Origin: Phyllosticta citribraziliensis
Taxonomy: Eukaryota
Length of the DNA: 64,000 bases
Direction of reading: 5' to 3'
Assembly: GCF_038025025.1 (NCBI RefSeq)
Contig: NW_027117338.1
Span: 1,178,001 to 1,242,000 of the forward strand
Shown: positions 50,054-60,551 of the stretch, piece by piece
How the letters are laid out: every line of letters begins with the position of its first letter
Position numbering within the stretch: the stretch's first letter is position 1
Program-made: the position numbers and the translations under genes
Notes under the pieces: model-generated
Databases searched by the model: none
Seen by the model: only the letters and a program-made list of their open reading frames with translations
What the model was told of the DNA's origin: nothing

Positions 50054-51739
50054 TCAATAGGACTGAGGATATTGGTTGGCAGGCTGAGACTTGGTTAGCG
50101 CGCTGGAAACATGCTCGAGATGACGTCGACTTACTGGGCTGTTCAACATGCTCTGTCTCTTGTTCCTTCCCTTCTTGATGTGGCTCTTGAGAGCACTCGA
50201 GTCTAGTGGCTTCAAGAGCTCGAAGCTACAGAGAAGCTCTGCCGAGACGGACATGACGGCGCCCCAGTTGTCAAATTCACCACAATACTTTGACTCGTTA
50301 GCAAAAGCGCATTGGAAGAGCAGAAAGGGTCAACTTACGTTGGGTGCCGAAAAGACAGTGACTAGAATGCGGTCATTAAAAAATTCGTATCCATCCTCGA
50401 CAACCATGTGTGCACGACAAACGAGGTCGAAATCATGCCGTTGAAGAAACTCCATGATGACCTTCTTGCCAAAGCAATAACTGACTCCTCTTTCGTTTGC
50501 TTCCCAGTCATTGTCCATGTCGGCCGGGTCGCTCCAGAGAAGGTCATTCAAGAGTCCGTAGTCGGGCACGTCGGTGGGTCTGGCAATCTGGCGAATATCA
50601 TCCATGTGCGATAAGCTGGGTGACAGACCGCCATGCACGCAAAAGATTTTGCCCGCGACAATAGCTGCGATTGGCAACGTATTGAATGTATCGACAAAGG
50701 CCTTCCAAACCTTGACATTGCATCTGCGCTTGCACTCGTCATAAAAGCCGTACACCCGCGTCACATTGGCACACTCGTGGTTGCCGCGGAGAAGGAAGAA
50801 GTTTTCGGGAAACTTGAGCTTGTAGCAGAGAAGCAACAGGATCGTCTCCAAGCTCTGCTTTCCGCGATCCACATAGTCTCCTAGAAACAAGTAGTTGGCG
50901 CTGGGCGGGAACCCACACATCTCGAACATTCGGATAAGGTCCGTGTATTGGCCGTGCACGTCACCAACAATTTTCACCGGCGGTGAAAGCTCAAGCAAGG
51001 CGGGTTGAGACATGAAGAGCTCTCGCGCAGCCTGGCAAATGGCGAAAATTTCGGCATTCTTGAGGCAGACAGTCTTTGTGACCTTGGCCGAGTACCCCGC
51101 GTCCAGCAGCCGAGTAATCATGTCGTCAATATCGATGGACTTGGGGGTGCTGAGCTCCATTGTAGGTGAACTAGACTCCGGGTGTGCTTCTGGGGCTCTC
51201 GGGATGGGCTGGTCCTTTTTGAGGAGAATAGACTCTTTGGGTTTCGTTAGGGCTGAAGGGGGCGGCAGGCCAACTGGCGGGGTGTCGGAAACGTGGTCGA
51301 CCTCACCGGTTCGTTTGGCCTGATCTACCGAGTCGTGGCCATGGCCGACGGTTGCAGACTGCGTTGGAGATGGCGGTGGCTGTGGGCCGTCTGCAGCTGC
51401 ATCGTTTGGGGTTGGCGGCTCCGTGGACTGCGAGATGGCCGAGGCCTCAGAGCCTCGCTTCTTGTGGGTGGCAGCAGCGCTGTTGGGCGAAAGCTTGGCC
51501 GGGGCAAGGTCAGACTTGTCCGTGTTGATTATGTTTGGGGAGCTGTCGCCAGCGAGGCCTTGCATCGATGCGCGTGGGCTGTCAGTCTTGGAGCTAGTGC
51601 CGGGTATCTTGTTGCGGATGGAGCTCCTCAAGGAGCGTGTGCTCTCCCTTGTGTCGGAGCGAGAAAAGGAAGCGTATCCATCGCGATCGAGGGGCAGACC
51701 GTTGTTGCCGTCAGCCTTTTTGGACGGCGTGTTGCCCAT
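50054..51739 (-). CDS. PPZ1: PPZ-type Ser/Thr protein phosphatase, exons 51739-50339, 50287-50135, 50083-50054; 527 aa
   Basis: MGNTPS myristoylation-type N-terminus, a long disordered N-domain, and PPP motifs GDVHGQ, GDYVDRG, RGNHE, HGG, RAHMVV and SAPN|YCGEFDN. Confidence 0.92.
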
Positions 51740-53052
51740 CGTGACCTGGGTGCCAAGCCTATGACGAGGTTGCAGGCGGCTAAGTTGCGAAGAGCGGGGA
51801 TATTATGGAGGCTTGTAGAGGTGCGCGAGGAAAGAGAGAAAGCGACCTTGGACGGGGGCTCTGCAGATGGTGGCGGCAGCAAGGCGGGCAGCGGAGCTGA
51901 GGAAGGAGGGAGGTGGGCGTGAGTCGAGCGAAGAGGAGGGACGATTGTGCCGTCGTCGAGCCAGGGTCGGGGCTAGTCGGTGCACAGGTGGGCAGAGAGG
52001 ACGGTCGGTGACATGTAGCGGCGGCGAGGTGAGGCGGCCGGCGGAGGATGAGGAAGTGGAGATGAGTGGGAAGTGCGGAGCGACGTTGTTTGGTGGATGG
52101 TGTGGGTTGGTTGGTGGGTGCAGTGGTAGAGCGTACGGTAGAGGCCAGGCCGCGGCGGTGATGATTGAGGAGATGGCCTGGCCTGGTCAGGTCGCTCGCT
52201 TGGCCCAAGCAAGTCCCGTCAGGCTCGCTCGACCTGACCTACTGACTGCGCTGCACCCACGAACAAAGGCCGCCGATGGCCGCCCACCAGTCTGAACCCA
52301 CCCACCCGACCTGTCGAACCTAACCCACGCCCACTCCCGCCGCACCAAGAATGCCCAGCGTTCGCACCATGCAGCCAAGCTCTCCGTATGAACGGCTCTT
52401 GGATGATGCACATGTCGCACGTGAGCCAAGCTGACCTCTCGTCCACTTTTCTCTACAGGTACGCGTTGCCTGCACCTTGGCGCCCACACGTTCAGGTCGC
52501 GGCCACCATTTTCTTCGCCGCCTCATTTGCCATTGCGACGCTTACTCGTTGCTATCAGAGTTGCAGCCTTCGTGTCGAGATACGCAAAAGCTGTCCCTAT
52601 CGTCGAGTCCGGGCGCCGCACGCACATGCTTGACGCTTGACGGGCGGGCGACAAGGTTGGGGCCCTGTGGAGATCCAGTCCCCGTCTGGAGTACAACCCA
52701 ACGCACATGCACATGCGACCCTCCCGCACGCTTACATACGCGAACTGCCCACTTGAACTGTGCGAGCTCCAGGTGGTCCCAAAGATGTCATTTACGGCAC
52801 GGGGAGCATTCATCCACCGCCATAGTTGCGCTTACGGAGCAGTCGTCTGCCATCAGATCTGCTCAGGGAGCCTCATGCTTACTGCAGCCAGACCTAGGGT
52901 CGACACGTCGACATCCATTCCAACGACAGCAAGGCCCCGTACATCATCCAATAAATAGCTTCGACTCTTTCATACACTCATTGCTAGGCAACAACCGCTT
53001 CGGGCGGGCTACACCAATCTGGACATCGTATTCGCTCTCGTCAACTCCTCAT

Positions 53053-54945
53053 TTACAGCCTGGGGCCCAGATGCACCATGACCGACTTCTTGTTCGTGTA
53101 CGCCTCTAGGCCCGCTTCGCCAAGCTCTCTGCCAATGCCACTCTGCTTGACGCCGCCAAACGGCACCGCATAGTGGCTGTCGTTGCTGGAATTGATCCAT
53201 ACCATTCCGGCCTCAATGTCTCGCGCAACACGATGCGCCTTTGCAATGTCTTGCGTGAAGACTGCGCTTCCCAGGCCGTACGTCGTGTCATTTGCTCGCT
53301 CAACCGCCTCCTCTTCAGTCTTGAAAGAGCTGACGACCACAAAGGGACCAAAGACTTCCTCGCGCCAGACCTTCATGTTGTCCTTGACGTCGGCAAAAAC
53401 GGTCGGTTCGACGAAAAACCCCTTTCCATTGGCATTCTTGAATGGTACACCGCCGGTGACCAAGGTCGCTCCCTCGGACTTGCCCGACTCCATGTAGGCG
53501 AGCACACGTTCATATTGCGCCTTGGTGACTTGGGGACCTTGGAAAGTGTCGTCCTTGAATGGGTCGCCGACTTTGCTCGTCTCCACAACATGTGCTTTGA
53601 AAGCCTCGAGGAACTTGTCATAGACACCCTCTTGGACGAGAATCCGCGAGGTTGCAGAGCAGATCTGGCCCATGTTGGACATGATGCCAATGTGGGCCCA
53701 CTTGACTGCTTGGTCCAGGTCCGCGTCGTCGAAAATCAGCAATGGCGACTTGCCGCCCGTCTCGAGGGTGATGTTTTTCATGTTTGAAGCCGCCATCTTC
53801 ATGATTTCACGACCGGTGGCAGTGCTGCCAGTGAAGGCAATCTTTTCAATGTCCGGGTGCGAGGCAATGGCAGCGCCGGCCTTGCGCCCATATCCATTGA
53901 GGATGTTGACCACACCTTCTGCTCGTTAGCGACGCCAAGACTTGACGAGATTCGCAGGCTCACCGGGAGGGAAACCGGCTTCTTTGATCAACTTCGCAAG
54001 GTACAAGATCGAAAGCGGAGTCTGCTCGGCAGCCTTGAGAACAACCGTGTTGCCCGCCGCCAATGCCGGGCCGAGCTTCCAAGCCGCCATGGCCAGAGGG
54101 TAGTTCCATCTATAGAATGTCAAGAACAGCGATACGAATTTGAAAAGTTTATTGGCTCACGGGATAATCTGGCCGCAGACCCCAATGGGTTCGCGAATGG
54201 TATAATTCAGCTTGTCACGGCTTGTGTCGATTACTTGACCGTGAATCTTGTCAGCGTAGCCCGCCTGTTGAACTGATCAGCCAACACTCTATCTTTAGAG
54301 GTACACCATTTCATACGTAGTACTTCAACGTCCCCGTGGTCTCGGCAAGATCCTCGTTAAGAGCAACTGAATACGGCTTTCCTGTTCAGTGTCAGTAAAT
54401 GTTCATATATGTGAGCATCATAGCATTCTACCGCGCCCTCATACCATTGTCAAGGCAGTCGATCGTTGCCAGTACTTCCTTGTGTTCTTCAATCAAGGAG
54501 ACTAGCTTGAACATGAGGTCGCCACGCTCCGCGGTGCTCAGTGACCGCCATGCAGAGCTCTTGAAAGCCTTCTTTGCCGCCTTGACAGCGAGATCGACAT
54601 CCTCTGGGCCGGCGGCGTAGACAGACGCAATCTCGCTCTCGTCACTGAGGAAAGTTAGCCACTTGTGATTGGTCACATTGGGTAGCAGCCATACGTGGGG
54701 TTTATGCTCGTTATCTTTTCTCCCGATATCGACTTGACGAATTCGTTGTTGATGAAGAGGCCAGTTGGCTGAGTGTACTTGACGCCATTTGGCGCCGTCA
54801 CCTCGACGGAAAGGTCGGACATGATTTTGAAGCTTCCTTGGGTGTGCACAAATGCGAGTCTTGGGAGCGGGAGCGAGTTTAGTCCCTTGGCTAGAGAAGG
54901 ATGACGGGCAGGACGGCTGAAAGAGCGCGCAAGGGAATTGAACAT
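53053..54945 (-). CDS. NAD(P)-dependent aldehyde dehydrogenase; exons 54945-54695, 54644-54445, 54381-54317, 54264-54161, 54109-53964, 53915-53053; second in-frame ATG at 54822
   Basis: [43 protein letters not shown] (Glu), GQICSA (Cys), EEVFGP and [13 protein letters not shown]. Confidence 0.95.
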
Positions 54946-55328
54946 TTCGAAAGAGAATCGCCTGTCGAAGCGCTGAGAGGAACTTTTATACCGCTGCCCC
55001 ACTCCAAAATGACTACTACGCCTTACGCTGTCGAGCATCGCCAACGGCGGAAAAAGTCAAGGTCGGGAAGTGCGATTTGATAAGAGCTTCCCCTCGTCGC
55101 TCGACCCCCGCGGCGGGTTAGAGTTGCCTGTTTCGGAGTTGGCGTTGGCGAGGAGCTGGGGTCCAGGTTGACGTCGTGCTCCACGGGCCCGCTACCCGCA
55201 CACCAAAATCCATAACGAAACCAAACCTTTCCGATTGCAATTCGACCTCCCAACGCCCGTCCCGTCTCCCGAGGTCTCAAGAGAATCTGCCATTTGCGTC
55301 TACGAAGCGTTTGCGCCAGACAAGCAGC

Positions 55329-56045
55329 ATGTCCGAGGTCGAAGAAGACGCGCCCGACGCGTCCATCAACCACGCTGTCGCCATCGACTACTGGAACACG
55401 GTCCAACCCAACGTCAATGGAATGCTCGGCGGATTCCCCCAAGTCTCGCGCATAGATCTGCAGGGCTCATCCAACTTTTACGCCAAAGTACGACGGCTGA
55501 CGGGCCGCCAAACCGGCGAGCTGGTCTCTCACGCCGTCGACTGCGGTGCTGGCATTGGACGCATCACTGCTGGTTTCCTCGCCAAAGTTGCCCAAGTAAT
55601 CGATATCGTTGAGCCGGTCAAAAAATTCACGGACGAGCTCCAAGCCGACACCTGCAAAGATCTGGTCGAGAAAGGCCGCATCGACGCAATCTACAATGCG
55701 GGATTGGAAAGCTGGACCTCAACGGCATTGTACAAGTACGACTTGATATGGAACCAATGGTGCCTTGGACATTTGACGGATGCGCAGCTCGTCGAGTACT
55801 TTTCTCGCTGCAGTCAATACCTGGCCGAGGGAGGCCTCATTGTGGTCAAGGAAAACTTGAGCTCGGATCCGAACGGGCGAGATTTGTTCGACGAGGAGGA
55901 TTCCAGCGTGACCAGGACAGAGATCAAGTTTCGAAAGCTCTTCGAGGAAAGTGGGTTAGACCTGGTCTGGAGCGAAGTGCAAAGAGGCTTGCCTAAAGGC
56001 CTGTACGCCGTCAAGATGTTTGCGCTGCGGCCGAAGCATCTTTAG
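55329..56045 (+). CDS. NTM1: Alpha-N-terminal protein methyltransferase (Ntm1/Tae1); 238 aa
   Basis: YW...NGMLGGF, DCGAGIGRIT (SAM motif I), YDLIWNQWCLGHLTD, KEN and DSSVTRT. Confidence 0.92.
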   Translation: MSEVEEDAPDASINHAVAIDYWNTVQPNVNGMLGGFPQVSRIDLQGSSNFYAKVRRLTGRQTGELVSHAVDCGAGIGRITAGFLAKVAQVIDIVEPVKKFTDELQADTCKDLVEKGRIDAIYNAGLESWTSTALYKYDLIWNQWCLGHLTDAQLVEYFSRCSQYLAEGGLIVVKENLSSDPNGRDLFDEEDSSVTRTEIKFRKLFEESGLDLVWSEVQRGLPKGLYAVKMFALRPKHL

Positions 56046-56978
56046 TCGTTTGACATCTTTCACGCGGCATCAGCATCACGGATACCCACATCGTCATTTC
56101 TATTTCACGGAGCCCTCGGTAGAGTATAGCAGCAGGGCCTAAATGAGCTTACAACGACTATGCCTTCAAGTCGACCTGACTGCTGTGGTTGGCAAGATTG
56201 AACTGATTGCCGTCCTACCACAACTCGCATTCGGGGCCAATACAAGGAACGAAATTCACTGACAACAGTAGGGTGTTGAACTCGTCTGGACCTGTCTTTC
56301 ATTCCGTTGCTTTGGCAGTTTTGGACTGACCATGAGATGGTGACTTGCGACGATGGACTAGATTCAAACGTCCATAGCTGCTGGACGTCGTGAGTGTCCA
56401 GGGGTAGACGACCATTCCTGCCAGGGGGCTGTTTTCTACATCGGATGTCATCCGAACACCGCAGATCTAAGATCTCGGCCATGTGTGTTATACGCGACAG
56501 ACAGAATAGTTCCACTGAGTACGAGACTCGATGAGATCTTTCACAGAACTGACACAGTCCAATGCGATGATAAGACGGAAGTATGTCAGATCAACCAGAT
56601 CCCTGGCCGTGATAAGGTGGGAATGTCTACGCGAGGGAGCCGATCGAGGACAACCTAGCAGCCCAGACCGACGAAAGCATATTATTACGCAACGCATCAT
56701 TGATACATGCACATCCGCATTGCTAATCAGCACAATGGAAGCTTTTCAACTTTGCGGGGTTAGAGGAAAGGGGGAATCTATCCGCCGGCATTACAGAATC
56801 TGCCGCCTCTCTAGATTAGGTTGTCCCTGTCGAATAGCCGAGTCCGCAGAGTCTCCAGCCCTGCAAGAAATCGTCATGCGAGTCAGGTCATGACTTGACC
56901 CTTGCATGCACGTCGCCGAGCTGCGGTGCGTACTTTTCGGTGGGACCTCCGACTTGCAACCATCTCTACCACAACCTC

Positions 56979-58705
56979 ATGCTCATAACCTCAGCTCGGT
57001 TATGGGCCAGAGTCGCGCCCTTTAATTCACGTCTCTTCCACAATTGCTCCAAAATGGCCCGCGACTACAATGTCAGTTGCCCGAGAATGAATTCGGAGTC
57101 CAACCGCTAAGGTGATTCTTAGGCCGCCGTTACGGCGCTCAACACGCTGCAGAGCAACTTCTCCATTGTCGATGCCATCCGCAAGTCCGGCCGGGGTATG
57201 AATGCGCAGGCCATTCCTGAGATGATTGAATGGTTTCGCAAGGCAGGATACGAGGTGTGCGGCTCCCCCCATCGGAGCGGAGGTTTCAGATGACTGACAT
57301 CGCTGCGCTGCAAAAGCCCTCCGATTTCAATGCCCTGAAACCTATACACATCGCCGGCACCAAGGGCAAGGGATCCACGAGCGCATTCGTATCCTACATT
57401 CTCGCCGAATATCAAAAGTCAAGCCCCGCCGCCCGGCCCTCGAAGATCGGGTTATACACGTCGCCCCATTTGAAGTCTGTCCGCGAACGTATTCAGATCA
57501 ACAATGAGCCTCTGAGCGAAGACCAGTTCGCAACATACTTTTTCGAGATATGGGACAGGCTAGAAGAGGCAGCGCGCAAGGAAGGCCAGGATCCAAGTGC
57601 CCCGGGCACCAAGCCGCTGTACTTTCGCTTCCTGACCATCATGGCCTATCACGTCTATCTTCGCGAAGGAGTTGACACGGCAATCATAGAGTGCGGGGTG
57701 GGCGGAGAATATGACAGCACAAACATCATTGAAGCTCCCACCGTCGCGGCAGTTACCAGTCTCGGCATCGATCACGTTGCCATGCTCGGAGGAACGCTAC
57801 CGGAAATCGCATGGCACAAGGCGGGTGTCTTCAAGCCGAAAAGCTTCGCGCTGTCCGCACCACAGCCAGAGGAGGCCTTGTCAGTGCTTCGCGAGCGGGC
57901 CGCCGAAAAGGGCCTCGAACTGCAAGTCGTCTCCGCTCCACATCCAGACCTGGACACGATCCGGCTGGGCCTCTCTGGAGACTTTCAAAAGACAAATGCC
58001 AGCTTGGCTGTAGCAGCAGCCGCTGCTCATCTTCGCGCACTGGGTGACGACACGGTGCCCCATCCAGCACGCATCAACGAAGAGCCTCTCCCGGCGCCCT
58101 TCCGCCGCGGCCTGGAGCGCGTCCGCTGGCCCGGCCGCTGCGAGGTTCGGCGTGAGACAGGCATCGCATGGCATCTAGACGGCGCACACACGCTAGACAG
58201 CATCGAAGTAGCAGCACGATGGTTTGCCGAAGAAATCTCGGCCAAGGAAACCACCACCACAACGACCACAACGCCACGCATACTCATCTTCAACCAACAG
58301 ACGCGCGACGCGTCCGCTCTCGCCCGCGCACTGCACGCCGCCCTGCGCGTCGGTCTCGGCTCCTCCAACAACACCCCCTTCACGCACGTCGTCTTCAGCA
58401 CCAACCTCACCTACCGCGACACGGGCTACAAGCCCGACCTCGTCAGCATCAACACAAACGCCGACGACGTAGAGAAGCGGGCCGTCCAGCAGGGCCTCGC
58501 TGACACTTGGCGCGACATGGACCCGCAGGCCGACGTCCGGGTCGACCGATCTATTGAGGAGGCTGTTGGCTTTGCTAGGGAGGTTGCTCGGCTGCGTGGC
58601 GCCGTTTCCAGTGATGATGAAGTCAAGGTGTTCATCACGGGCAGCTTGCACTTGGTGGGCGGCGCGCTGGAGGTGTTGGATTCGCAGGGAAGGCGCCAGA
58701 ACTAG
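56979..58705 (+). CDS. MET7: Folylpolyglutamate synthase, exons 56979-57071, 57123-57254, 57317-58705; alternative ATG at 57054
   Basis: ALNTLQSN, IHIAGTKGKGST P-loop, GLYTSPHL..VRERI, ECGVGGEYDSTN, WPGRC, LDGAHT and FITGSLHLVGG. Confidence 0.93.
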
Positions 58706-59264
58706 ATGTCCAACAAGACAGCTGTATTCTAGTCGACGAGGTCCCCAGCATCAGTGGAACGACCAATCAAGTTCCATGAACCATACCTGACACGCACATG
58801 AATGTGGGACATTGTTTGAAACATTTGATAGAGCTTTACACGAGTGAGCAAACTGTTTCTCTGCCAAGGTGTCATGTTCAAGTTGAAGTGTCCAGTGTTG
58901 TTACTTCTCTCGTAACGATCGTACAATCGGAATCATTAATGTATTGGATCGGATAGGAAAACGACATTTGCAGATGAAAAGAAAACAACCACGCCAAAAA
59001 CCCCAACGACCAAATGTGACTGGTGGATAAGCTGCAGCGTTGCAACCGCAGTAGCGCTTCGGGACCGATGAGGTTGCTGCGATAGGTCGGGACGGCATCA
59101 TTGCGCATAAAAAAGGTCTCATCCAACATCCCCCCTGCACGTGGTCTTTCTGCGCACTGGGCCGGAAGACGGGGACCTCTCGCGAACCGGCAAGCCATGC
59201 AGCAAAAGGGGGGAATAACGGAAGATTTGATGTGAGTGAACAAGATGATGATGATCCGAACCCT

Positions 59265-60160
59265 CTAGCAGTTGCAACCGGCCGCGCCCTGGCCGCTCGT
59301 CGCCTCTGGCCGCAGGTCCACTCCGGGGCGCGGGCCGGACCTAATGTTCCTGGGGCCGGCCTGGTCAAGCGGGAGCTTCTTCGCGATGGCCGTGAAGAGC
59401 TCGCGCACATTCTCGGCGCTCTTGGCTGACGTTTCGAAGAAGAGGAGGCCAGCTTCCCGAGCATACTGCTCCGCGTCGGCAGCGGGTATTGCGCGCTTGT
59501 CAGGAGACTCGGTGACGAGGTCGAGCTTGTTGCCGGCGAGGGCGATGATGATGTTCTCGTTTGCTTGGCGTTGCAGTTCCTTGACCCAAGCTTTCGCTTT
59601 GTCCAGCGACGACTGTACCGATGCGCGGTCATTTTCGGGAATTCTTGTCGTCGAGGGGGAGGGCGGGGTGGTACTCACGGCTTGTGTAATATCGTAGACT
59701 ACCACGGCGCAGTTGGCGTTGCGGTAGTACATGGGTGCCAGCGACTTGTAGCGCTCCTGGCCTGCGGTGTCCCATATCTCGAACTTGACCGTGGTGGTTT
59801 CGTCGAGGGCGATGGTCTGTGTGAGGAAAGCGGCACCGATCGTCGACTCTCTATAGTCATCAAATTGGTCCTGCAACGAAGCGTAAGCCAGCAAGTCTAG
59901 AAGGTTCGCGGTAGCGCCAGAAGACGCACCTTCACGAAGCGAAGCACGAGCGAGCTCTATCGTCGACGGTCAGTATCTGCATGTGATTGCCTGGTGAGGG
60001 GCTCGAGCAAACCTTTCCGACCGCAGACTCGCCTTTGCAAAACATCAGCATCCTCTCTCAAACATGGCAGGCGAAAAGGAAGCTCACCCAAGAGGACCAG
60101 CTTAAACTGTGCGAAGCGCGAGCCGCCTGGACGGCCGCCTGGCTGGACTCTCGCGGACAT
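59265..60160 (-). CDS. YPT52: Rab5-family GTPase (Ypt52/RabB-like), exons 60160-60088, 60032-60013, 59956-59930, 59870-59679, 59612-59265; 219 aa
   Basis: [40 protein letters not shown] and a C-terminal CNC prenylation motif. Two micro-exons (20 and 27 nt). Confidence 0.93.
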
Positions 60161-60551
60161 GGTTGGGCGGGCGCTCGCAGTGGGGTTGATGGAGATGAGG
60201 AGAGCGTGAGGCGTATGTGGTAAGCGGGGCGGAGATGCGGAGGATGGCGGATCGAAGAGGGCGAGGGTGGAGGATGGTGGTATCTCAGAAGTTGGAGTTG
60301 GGTGACGGCGTGGAGCTGCGGTCAATGAGGTTTGGCTTGGCAGGGTGGGCTTGCGAAGTCAGCCCAAGTCAGCGACCTGAGCGAAGCAAGGTGCCCGTGC
60401 CTGCCCGTCCGCCGGCTCTACAAGCCACGAAGCATCGACGACGCAATCACCCCCTCTCCGCCCTCCAGGACGAGACCCTTTAAACATCCTCTGCCCCTCG
60501 TTTCGGACTCGACCTGCATGTTCGCATAGGCCAAACCCTCCTCAGCCCGCC

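Noticed and set aside
55176..55328. GTG-initiated N-terminal extension of NTM1
   Set aside because: The open frame lacks a clear targeting-peptide character or good initiation context. The ATG at 55329 gives a full-length enzyme.
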